From assembly GCA_964016885.1 (NCBI GenBank), contig OZ024740.1, positions 46,624,001 to 46,688,000 of the forward strand: a DNA stretch of 64,000 bases, in the 5' to 3' direction. The stretch comes from Eledone cirrhosa (lineage: Eukaryota). The notes beneath the pieces are model-generated. The model ran no database searches, was not told where the DNA came from, and was given only the letters and a program-made list of their open reading frames with translations. Positions 25,637 to 36,200 of the stretch are shown one piece after another. How positions within the stretch are numbered: the first letter of the stretch is position 1; the number at the start of each line of letters is the position of its first letter. The translations under genes were made by a program, and so were the position numbers.

Positions 25637-27010
25637 TTAGTTTCCCAGAGTTGTAGCAGTTTTTACATTGCCAGTTATTGTGGGTAGATCACACTCAGAC
25701 CAGCTGGTATCTCTCTTCCACGTTTCACCAGCCTTGACAAACCTCCAGATCTGCCCATCATCACGCAGACTGAAACTTTCATCTTGTGCTGAGTTCCGAT
25801 TCAAGGAAGCTGCAGCACGTAGTTTTGGACGTACATGGGGTGGTAGGCCTGGGCGTGTTCGGAAGGTAATCCGATTTTCACGCCCAGCTTTAGCAGAGGC
25901 CAGATGATATGAGGTTGCCTCTGCGGGGTCCGAGAAAGACAGCCTGATGAGTCTGGGTTTGGGACCAGGTCGACCAAGGCGGAGGGCACCCTTTGGGGGA
26001 ACACAGCCTAGGTCTTTGGCTGAGCTGGCAGCAAATGCCTGAAGATCAGCCTTGTCCTCTGGTACCCCAATGGCAATCACTTCATGGGTAGCAGATTCCG
26101 CAGTCTTTTCAGTCTTTCCAGCAAAAGGTACAGGGAGATTCTTTAGCAAGGCATTCCGATAAGACCCCTCATTGTGGGGTCCTACCCGAATGCTTGCCTC
26201 TATTCCTGCAACTTCCCTTCTCAGAGCAGAAATCATTAGTTGCAGTTCCGCAAAATCTGTACTGGTCGGTTGTTGTTGTTGTTGCTGCTGCTGCTGCTGT
26301 CGTTGTTGGTGATGATGATGTTCCTCCACGGGAATGGCAGGGGAGGACACAGTCGCAGGTTGTTGCTGTTGTTGTTGTTGTTGGTGATGATGATGTTTCT
26401 CCACGGGAATGGCAGGGGAGGACACAGTCGCAGGTTGTTGCTGTTGTTGTTGTTGGTGATGATGATGTTCCTCCACGGGAATGGTAGGGGAAGACACAGT
26501 CACCAGTTGTTGGTGTCGAGATGTACTGGGAGTGGAAGACATGGGTTGTTGTTGTTTCTGATGTTCTCCCACAGGAATAACAGTAGAAGCCAGTGTCATA
26601 GGTTTTTGCCGTTGTTCAGTAACAATGGTAGAGGAAGACACAGTCATTGGTTTTTGTTGTTGTTGTTGTTTTTCAATAACATTAATAACATTCGTGGAGG
26701 CAGGCACACAGGCCAGACACTGAAAGGACCAGGATTTTAGCTGGACCATCTCCCATATTCCATCCATCATAGCATTATGATGTCTCTTTTTTTGGCCTGG
26801 GATCCTCCGGAAGCCTGTGGCGCATTGAAGGCAGACAGAAATGCGACAGGTTCCACATTCGACCCAGCGATTACGGAACGAGTTTTCGGGTTCCGCACAG
26901 ATATGGCAGATGTGATTTTCTGGGCAATGTTCTATCTTGGGACATCGGCCGGTTTTGTCGCATATTTCATCGATGGATATCACCATGGCAATTTTGTTAT
27001 TTCTACCCAT
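25637..27010 (-). CDS. LINE ORF1 protein (PHD-like zinc finger, Q/H-rich repeats, coiled coil, RRM-like C-terminal region)
   Basis: 457 aa, ATG at 27010, TAA at 25639-25637. CHIC...WVECGTCRISVCLQC...WSFQCLAC resembles a PHD finger (PHD domains are known in CR1-like ORF1s). FAELQLMISALRREVAGIEASI is heptad-like. VIAIGVPED...LRLGRPGPKPRLIRLSF resembles the ORF1 RRM pattern of CR1/L2/L1-type elements. Confidence 0.9.
   Translation of the reverse strand: MGRNNKIAMVISIDEICDKTGRCPKIEHCPENHICHICAEPENSFRNRWVECGTCRISVCLQCATGFRRIPGQKKRHHNAMMDGIWEMVQLKSWSFQCLACVPASTNVINVIEKQQQQQKPMTVSSSTIVTEQRQKPMTLASTVIPVGEHQKQQQPMSSTPSTSRHQQLVTVSSPTIPVEEHHHHQQQQQQQPATVSSPAIPVEKHHHHQQQQQQQQPATVSSPAIPVEEHHHHQQRQQQQQQQQQQPTSTDFAELQLMISALRREVAGIEASIRVGPHNEGSYRNALLKNLPVPFAGKTEKTAESATHEVIAIGVPEDKADLQAFAASSAKDLGCVPPKGALRLGRPGPKPRLIRLSFSDPAEATSYHLASAKAGRENRITFRTRPGLPPHVRPKLRAAASLNRNSAQDESFSLRDDGQIWRFVKAGETWKRDTSWSECDLPTITGNVKTATTLGN
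25640..25646 (-). promoter_or_regulatory. Candidate -1 programmed ribosomal frameshift slippery site G_GGA_AAC
   Basis: Plus strand 25640-25646 is GTTTCCC. The minus strand reads CTG GGA AAC TAA in the ORF1 frame, i.e. X_XXY_YYZ in the correct phase. The -1 frame (GGG AAA CTA AAC CAG...) continues without a stop into ORF2. Confidence 0.65.
26268..26670 (-). repeat. Coding minisatellite in ORF1: three near-identical 72-75-bp units (TVSSP(A/T)IPVE(E/K)HHHHQn) plus degenerate copies, containing CAA/CAG/CAT triplet runs
   Basis: GGTGATGATGATG anchors at 26308, 26383 and 26455 (periods 75 and 72, both multiples of 3). Diverged units (TVSSSTIVTEQRQKPM, TLASTVIPVGEHQKQQQPM) extend to about 26670. 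Confidence 0.92.
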
Positions 27011-27220
27011 CCGTAGAAAAACACAGAATGTAAACGATATAGGTTTAGCGCACTTGATTACGATAGAAATAAAATGTCTGTTTTTTTGTGTATTTTGTTT
27101 CCGTTTTCCTAAATGTTGTGTGTGTACAGAAGAGTCTGAATTACATTACATGTAAACAAATAAATATACTGCGTAAGTTAAATGAAACGTACTGTAGAAG
27201 GCAGTTGTTTATTAACAGCG
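27011..27220 (-). promoter_or_regulatory. LINE 5' UTR (about 210 bp, AT-rich; presumed internal promoter)
   Basis: Non-satellite sequence between the ORF1 ATG and the satellite junction. The promoter role is inferred from general LINE biology, not from a recognised motif. Confidence 0.6.
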
Positions 27221-27221
27221 A

Positions 27222-30200
27222 ACTCTACTATAGCCACAACCCAGCCTAACAGAATTACAATGTAACCTCTACTATAGCCACAACCCAGTCTAACAGAATT
27301 ACAATGTAACCTCTACTATAGCCGCAACCTAGCCTAACAGAATTACAATGTAACCTCTACTATAGCCACAACCTAGCCTAACAGAATTACAATGTAACCT
27401 CTACTATAGCCACAACCCAGCCTAACAGAATTACAATGTAAACTCTACTATAGCCACAACCCAGCCTAACAGAATTACAATGTAACCTCTACTATAGCCA
27501 CAACCCAGTCTAACAGAATTACAATGTAACCTCTACTATAGCCACAACCCAGCCTAACAGAATTACAATGTAACCTCTACTATAGCCACAACCCAACCTA
27601 ACAGAATTACAATGTAACCTCTACTATAGCCACAACCTAGTCTAACAGAATTACAATGTAACCTCTACTATAGCCACAACCCAGCCTAACAGAATTACAA
27701 TGTAACCTCTACTATAGCCACAACCCAGCCTAACAGAATTACAATGTAACCTCTACTATAGTCACAACCCAACCTAACAGAATTACAATGTAACCTCTAC
27801 TATAGCCACAACCTAGTCTAACAGAATTACAATGTAACCTCTACTATAGCCACAACCCAGCCTAACAGAATTACAATGTAACCTCTACTATAGCCACAAC
27901 CCAACCTAACAGAATTACAATGTAACCTCTACTATAGCCACAACCTAGTCTAACAGAATTACAATGTAACCTCTACTATAGCCACAACCCAGCCTAACAG
28001 AATTACAATGTAACCTCTACTATAGCCACAACCCAACCTAACAGAATTACTATGTAACCTCTACTATAGCCACAACCTAGCCTAACAGAATTACTATGTA
28101 ACCTCTACTATAGCCACAACCTAGCCTAACAGAATTACAATGTAACCTCTACTATAGCCACAACCCAGCCTAACAGAATTACAATGTAACCTCTACTATA
28201 GCCACAACCCAGCCTAACAGAATTACAATGTAACCTCTACTATAGCCACAACCTAGCCTAACAGAATTACAATGTAACCTCTACTATAGCCACAACCCAG
28301 TCTAACAGAATTACAATGTAACCTCTACTATAGCCACAACCCAGCCTAACAGAATTACAATGTAACCTCTACTATAGCCACAACCCAACCTAACAGAATT
28401 ACAATGTAACCTCTACTATAGCCACAACCTAGCCTAACAGAATTACAATGTAACCTCTACTATAGCCACAACCCAACCTAACAGAATTACAATGTAACCT
28501 CGACTATAGCCACAACCTAGCCTAACAGAATTACAATGTAACCTCTACTATAGCCACAACCTAGCCTAACAGAATTACAATGTAACCGCTACTATAGCCA
28601 CAACCAAGTCTAACAGAATTACAATGTAACCTCTACTATAGCCACAACCTAGCCTAACAGAATTACAATGTAACCTCTACTATAGCCACAACCTAGCCTA
28701 ACAGAATTACAATGTAACCTCTACTATAGCCACAACCCAGTCTAACAGAATTACAATGTAACCTCCACTATAGCCACAACCTAGCCTAACAGAATTACAA
28801 TGTAACCGCTACTATAGCCACAACCCAGTCTAACAGAATTACAATGTAACCTCTACTATAGCCACAACCTAGCCTAACAGAATTACTATGTAACCTCTAC
28901 TATAGCCACAACCCAGTCTAACAGAATTACAATGTAACCTCTACTATAGCCACAACCTAGCCTAACAGAATTACATTGTAACCTCTACTATAGCCACAAC
29001 CCAGCCTAACAGAATTACAATGTAACCTCTACTATAGCCACAACCCAGTCTAACAGAATTACAATGTAACCTCTACTATAGCCACAACCCAGTCTAGCAG
29101 AATTACAATGTAACCTCTACTATAGCCACAACCCAACCTAACAGAATTACAATGTAACCTCTACTATAGCCACAACCTAGCCTAACAGAATTACAATGTA
29201 ACCTCTACTATAGCCACAACCTAGCCTAACAGAATTACAATGTAACCTCTACTATAGCCACAACCTAGTCTAACAGAATTACAATGTAACCTCTACTATA
29301 GCCACAACCCAGTCTAACAGAATTACAATGTAACCTCTACTATAGCCACAACCTAGTCTAACAGAATTACAATGTAACCTCTACTATAGCCACAACCCAG
29401 TCTAACAGAATTACAATGTAACCTCTACTATAGCCACAACCTAGCCTAACAGAATTACAATGTAACCTCTACTATAGCCACAACCTAGCCTAACAGAATT
29501 ACAATGTAACATCTACTATAGCCACAACCCAGCCTAACAGAATTACAATGTAACCTCTACTATAGCCACAACCTAGTCTAACAGAATTACAATGTAACCT
29601 CTACTATAGCCACAACCTAGTCTAACAGAATTACAATGTAACCTCTACTATAGCCACAACCCAGTCTAACAGAAATACAATGTAACCTCTACTATAGCCA
29701 CAACCCAGCCTAACAGAATTACAATGTAACCTCTACTATAGCCACAACCTAGTCTAACAAAATTACAATGTAACCTCTACTATAGCCACAACCTAGCCTA
29801 AGAGAATTACAATGTAACCTCTACTATAGCCACAACCTAGCCTAACAGAATTACAATGTAACCTCTACTATAGTCACAACCCAGTCTAACAGAATTACAA
29901 TGTAACCTCTACTATAGCCACAACCCAGTCTAACAGAAATACAATGTAACCTCTACTATAGCCACAACCCAGCCTAACAGAATTACAATGTAACCTCTAC
30001 TATAGCCACAACCCAGTCTAACAGAATTACAATGTAACCTCTACTATAGCCACAACCTAGTCTAACAAAATTACAATGTAACCTCTACTATAGCCACAAC
30101 CTAGCCTAACAGAATTACAATGTAACCTCTACTATAGCCACAACCTAGCCTAACAGAATTACAATGTAACCTCTACTATAGTCACAACCCAGTCTAACAG

Positions 30201-33200
30201 AATTACAATGTAGCCTCTACTATAGCCACAACCCATGTGTAACAGAATTACAATGTAACCTCTACTATAGCCACAACCTAGCCTAACAGAATTACAATGT
30301 AACCTCTACTATAGCCACAACCCAGCCTAACAGAATTACAATGTAACCTCTACTATAGCCACAACCCAACCTAACAGAATTACTATGTAACCTCTACTAT
30401 AGCCACAACCTAGCCTAACAGAATTACTATGTAACCTCTACTATAGCCACAACCTAGCCTAACAGAATTACAATGTAACCTCTACTATAGCCACAACCCA
30501 GCCTAACAGAATTACAATGTAACCTCTACTATAGCCACAACCCAGTCTAACAGAATTACAATGTAACCTCTACTATAGCCACAACCCAGCCTAACAGAAT
30601 TACAATGTAACCTCTACTATAGCCACAACCTAGCCTAACAGAATTACAATGTAACGCCTACTATAGCCACAACCTAGCCTAACAGAATTACAATGTAACC
30701 TCTACTATAGCCACAACCTAGCCTAACAGAATTACAATGTAACCGCTACTATAGCCACAACCCAGTCTAACAGAATTACAATGTAACCTCTACTATAGCC
30801 ACAACCTAGCCTAACAGAATTACAATGTAACCTCTACTATAGCCACAACCTAGCCTAACAGAATTACAATGTAACCTCTACTATAGCCACAACCCAGTCT
30901 AACAGAATTACAATGTAACCTCTACTATAGCCACAACCCAGCCTAACAGAATTACAATGTAACCTCTACTATAGCCACAACCCAGCCTAACAGAATTACA
31001 ATGTAACCTCTACTATAGCCACAACCTAGCCTAACAGAATTACAATGTAACCTCTACTATAGCCACAACCCAGCCTAACAGAATTACAATGTAACCTCTA
31101 CTATAGCCACAACCCAGTCTAACAGAATTACAATGTAACCTCTACTATAGCCACAACCCAGTCTAGGAGAATTACAATGTAACCTCTACTATAGCCACAA
31201 CCCAACCTAACAGAATTACAATGTAACCTCTACTATAGCCACAACCTAGCCTAACAGAATTACAATGTAACCTCTACTATAGCCACAACCTAGCCTAACA
31301 GAATTACAATGTAACCTCTACTATAGCCACAACCTAGTCTAACAGAATTACAATGTAACCTCTACTATAGCCACAACCCAGTCTAACAGAATTACAATGT
31401 AACCTCTACTATAGCCACAACCTAGTCTAACAGAATTACAATGTAACCTCTACTATAGCCACAACCCAGTCTAACAGAATTACAATGTAACCTCTACTAT
31501 AGCCACAACCTAGTCTAACAGAATTACAATGTAACCTCTACTATAGCCACAACCCAGTCTAACAGAAATACAATGTAACCTCTACTATAGCCACAACCCA
31601 GCCTAACAGAATTACAATGTAACCTCTACTATAGCCACAACCTAGTCTAACAAAATTACAATGTAACCTCTACTATAGCCACAACCTAGCCTAAGAGAAT
31701 TACAATGTAACCTCTACTATAGCCACAACCTAGCCTAACAGAATTACAATGTAACCTCTACTATAGTCACAACCCAGTCTAACAGAATTACAATGTAGCC
31801 TCTACTATAGCCACAACCCATGTGTAACAGAATTACAATGTAACCTCTACTATAGCCACAACCTAGCCTAACAGAATTACAATGTAACCTCTAGTATAGC
31901 CACAACCTAGCCTAACAGAATTACAATGTAACCTCTACTATAGCCACAACCCAGTCTAACAGAATTACAATGTAACCTCTACTATAGCCACAACCTAGTC
32001 TAACAAAATTACAATGTAACCTCTACTATAGCCACAACCTAGCCTAACAGAATTACAATGTAACCTCTACTATAGCCACAACCTAGCCTAACAGAATTAC
32101 AATGTAACCTCTACTATAGTCACAACCCAGTCTAACAGAATTACAATGTAGCCTCTACTATAGCCACAACCCATGTGTAACAGAATTACAATGTAACCTC
32201 TACTATAGCCATAACCTAGCCTAACAGAATTACAATGTAACCTCTACTATAGCCACAACCCAGCCTAACAGAATTACAATGTAACCTCTACTATAGCCAC
32301 AACCCAACCTAACAGAATTACTATGTAACCTCTACTATAGCCACAACCTAGCCTAACAGAATTACTATGTAACCTCTACTATAGCCACAACCTAGCCTAA
32401 CAGAATTACAATGTAACCTCTACTATAGCCACAACCCAGCCTAACAGAATTACAATGTAACCTCTACTATAGCCACAACCCAGTCTAACAGAATTACAAT
32501 GTAACCTCTACTATAGCCACAACCCAGCCTAACAGAATTACAATGTAACCTCTACTATAGCCACAACCTAGCCTAACAGAATTACAATGTAACGCCTACT
32601 ATAGCCACAACCTAGCCTAACAGAATTACAATGTAACCTCTACTATAGCCACAACCTAGCCTAACAGAATTACAATGTAACCGCTACTATAGCCACAACC
32701 CAGTCTAACAGAATTACAATGTAACCTCTACTATAGCCACAACCTAGCCTAACAGAATTACAATGTAACCTCTACTATAGCCACAACCTAGCCTAACAGA
32801 ATTACAATGTAACCTCTACTATAGCCACAACCCAGTCTAACAGAATTACAATGTAACCTCTACTATAGCCACAACCCAGCCTAACAGAATTACAATGTAA
32901 CCTCTACTATAGCCACAACCCAGCCTAACAGAATTACAATGTAACCTCTACTATAGCCACAACCTAGCCTAACAGAATTACAATGTAACCTCTACTATAG
33001 CCACAACCCAGTCTAACAGAATTACAATGTAACCTCTACTATAGCCACAACCCAGCCTAACAGAATTACAATGTAACCTCTACTATAGCCACAACCCAAC
33101 CTAACAGAATTACAATGTAACCTCTACTATAGCCACAACCCATGTGTAACAGAATTACAATGTAACCTCTACTATAGCCACAACCTAGCCTAACAGAATT

Positions 33201-36200
33201 ACAATGTAACCTCTAGTATAGCCACAACCCAGCCTAACAGAATTACAATGTAACCTCTACTATAGCCACAACCCAACCTAACAGAATTACAATGTAGCCT
33301 CTACTATAGCCACAACCCATGTGTAACAGAATTACAATGTAACCTCTACTATAGCCACAACCTAGCCTAACAGAATTACAATGTAACCTCTAGTATAGCC
33401 ACAACCTAGCCTAACAGAATTACAATGTAACCTCTACTATAGCCACAACCCAGTCTAACAGAATTACAATGTAACCTCTACTATAGCCACAACCTAGTCT
33501 AACAAAATTACAATGTAACCTCTACTATAGCCACAACCTAGCCTAACAGAATTACAATGTAACCTCTACTATAGCCACAACCTAGCCTAACAGAATTACA
33601 ATGTAACCTCTACTATAGTCACAACCCAGTCTAACAGAATTACAATGTAGCCTCTACTATAGCCACAACCCATGTGTAACAGAATTACAATGTAACCTCT
33701 ACTATAGCCACAACCCAGCCTAACAGAATTACAATGTAACCTCTACTATAGCCACAACCCAGTCTAACAGAATTACAATGTAACCTCTACTATAGCCACA
33801 ACCCAGCCTAACAGAATTACAATGTAACCTCTACTATAGCCACAACCTAGCCTAACAGAATTACAATGTAACGCCTACTATAGCCACAACCTAGCCTAAC
33901 AGAATTACAATGTAACCTCTACTATAGCCACAACCTAGCCTAACAGAATTACAATGTAACCGCTACTATAGCCACAACCCAGTCTAACAGAATTACAATG
34001 TAACCTCTACTATAGCCACAACCTAGCCTAACAGAATTACAATGTAACCTCTACTATAGCCACAACCTAGCCTAACAGAATTACAATGTAACCTCTACTA
34101 TAGCCACAACCCAGTCTAACAGAATTACAATGTAACCTCTACTATAGCCACAACCCAGCCTAACAGAATTACAATGTAACCTCTACTATAGCCACAACCC
34201 AGCCTAACAGAATTACAATGTAACCTCTACTATAGCCACAACCTAGCCTAACAGAATTACAATGTAACCTCTACTATAGCCACAACCCAGTCTAACAGAA
34301 TTACAATGTAACCTCTACTATAGCCACAACCCAGCCTAACAGAATTACAATGTAACCTCTACTATAGCCACAACCCAACCTAACAGAATTACAATGTAAC
34401 CTCTACTATAGCCACAACCTAGCCTAACAGAATTACAATGTAACCTCTACTATAGCCACAACCCAACCTAACAGAATTACAATGTAACCTCGACTATAGC
34501 CACAACCTAGCCTAACAGAATTACAATGTAACCTCTACTATAGCCACAACCTAGCCTAACAGAATTACAATGTAACCGCTACTATAGCCACAACCCAGTC
34601 TAACAGAATTACAATGTAACCTCTACTATAGCCACAACCTAGCCTAACAGAATTACAATGTAACCTCTACTATAGCCACAACCTAGCCTAACAGAATTAC
34701 AATGTAACCTCTACTATAGCCACAACCCAGTCTAACAGAATTACAATGTAACCTCCACTATAGCCACAACCAAGCCTAACAGAATTACAATATAACCTCT
34801 ACTATAGCCACAACCTAGTCTAACAAAATTACAATGTAACCTCTACTATAGCCACAACCTAGCCTAACAGAATTACAATGTAACCTCTACTATAGCCACA
34901 ACCCAGCCTAACAGAATTACAATGTAACCTCTACTATAGCCACAACCCAGTCTAACAGAATTACAATGTAACCTCTACTATAGCCACAACCCAGCCTAAC
35001 AGAATTACAATGTAACCTCTACTATAGCCACAACCTAGCCTAACAGAATTACAATGTAACGCCTACTATAGCCACAACCTAGCCTAACAGAATTACAATG
35101 TAACCTCTACTATAGCCACAACCTAGCCTAACAGAATTACAATGTAACCGCTACTATAGCCACAACCCAGTCTAACAGAATTACAATGTAACCTCTACTA
35201 TAGCCACAACCTAGCCTAACAGAATTACAATGTAACCTCTACTATAGCCACAACCTAGCCTAACAGAATTACAATGTAACCTCTACTATAGCCACAACCC
35301 AGTCTAACAGAATTACAATGTAACCTCTACTATAGCCACAACCCAGCCTAACAGAATTACAATGTAACCTCTACTATAGCCACAACCCAGCCTAACAGAA
35401 TTACAATGTAACCTCTACTATAGCCACAACCTAGCCTAACAGAATTACAATGTAACCTCTACTATAGCCACAACCCAGTCTAACAGAATTACAATGTAAC
35501 CTCTACTATAGCCACAACCCAGCCTAACAGAATTACAATGTAACCTCTACTATAGCCACAACCCAACCTAACAGAATTACAATGTAACCTCTACTATAGC
35601 CACAACCTAGCCTAACAGAATTACAATGTAACCTCTACTATAGCCACAACCCAACCTAACAGAATTACAATGTAACCTCGACTATAGCCACAACCTAGCC
35701 TAACAGAATTACAATGTAACCTCTACTATAGCCACAACCTAGCCTAACAGAATTACAATGTAACCGCTACTATAGCCACAACCCAGTCTAACAGAATTAC
35801 AATGTAACCTCTACTATAGCCACAACCTAGCCTAACAGAATTACAATGTAACCTCTACTATAGCCACAACCTAGCCTAACAGAATTACAATGTAACCTCT
35901 ACTATAGCCACAACCCAGTCTAACAGAATTACAATGTAACCTCCACTATAGCCACAACCAAGCCTAACAGAATTACAATATAACCGCTACTATAGCCACA
36001 ACCCAGTCTAGCAGAATTACAATGTAACCTCTACTATAGCCACAACCTAGCCTAACAGAATTACTATGTAACCTCTACTATAGCCACAACCCAGTCTAAC
36101 AGAATTACAATGTAACCTCTACTATAGCCACAACCTAGCCTAACAGAATTACAATGTAACCTCTACTATAGCCACAACCCAGCCTAACAGAATTACAATG

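Larger units (their letters stand above)
22529..27220 (-). mobile_element. Apparently full-length non-LTR retrotransposon (LINE), CR1 clade or CR1/L2 group
   Basis: 4.7-kb unique sequence flanked by in-register satellite on both sides. Two long minus-strand ORFs (ORF1 PHD/RRM-type, ORF2 APE+RT with CR1-type C-terminal motifs), a simple-repeat 3' tail, no LTRs or terminal inverted repeats, no clear TSD. Clade assigned from motif recognition only. Completeness of the 5' end cannot be proven without other copies. Confidence 0.95.

Noticed and set aside
25658-25664. Second possible slippery run (GTA AAA ACT) in the ORF1/ORF2 overlap
   Set aside because: In ORF1 phase it reads A_AAA_ACT, which does not fit X_XXY_YYZ. 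G_GGA_AAC is the only canonical site in the overlap.
25668-27155. Small ORFs overlapping ORF1, including the poly-Leu and poly-Val ORFs at 26194-26740 (+)
   Set aside because: They are antisense readings of the CAA/CAG/CAT triplet repeats, which lack stops. The hydrophobic runs are a by-product, not evidence of membrane proteins.
22510-27240. Conventional target-site duplication, LTRs or terminal inverted repeats
   Set aside because: The junctions rejoin in satellite register with at most about 1-2 bp overlap and no terminal repeats are visible. A TSD of exactly one 44-bp monomer cannot be formally excluded but is implausible.
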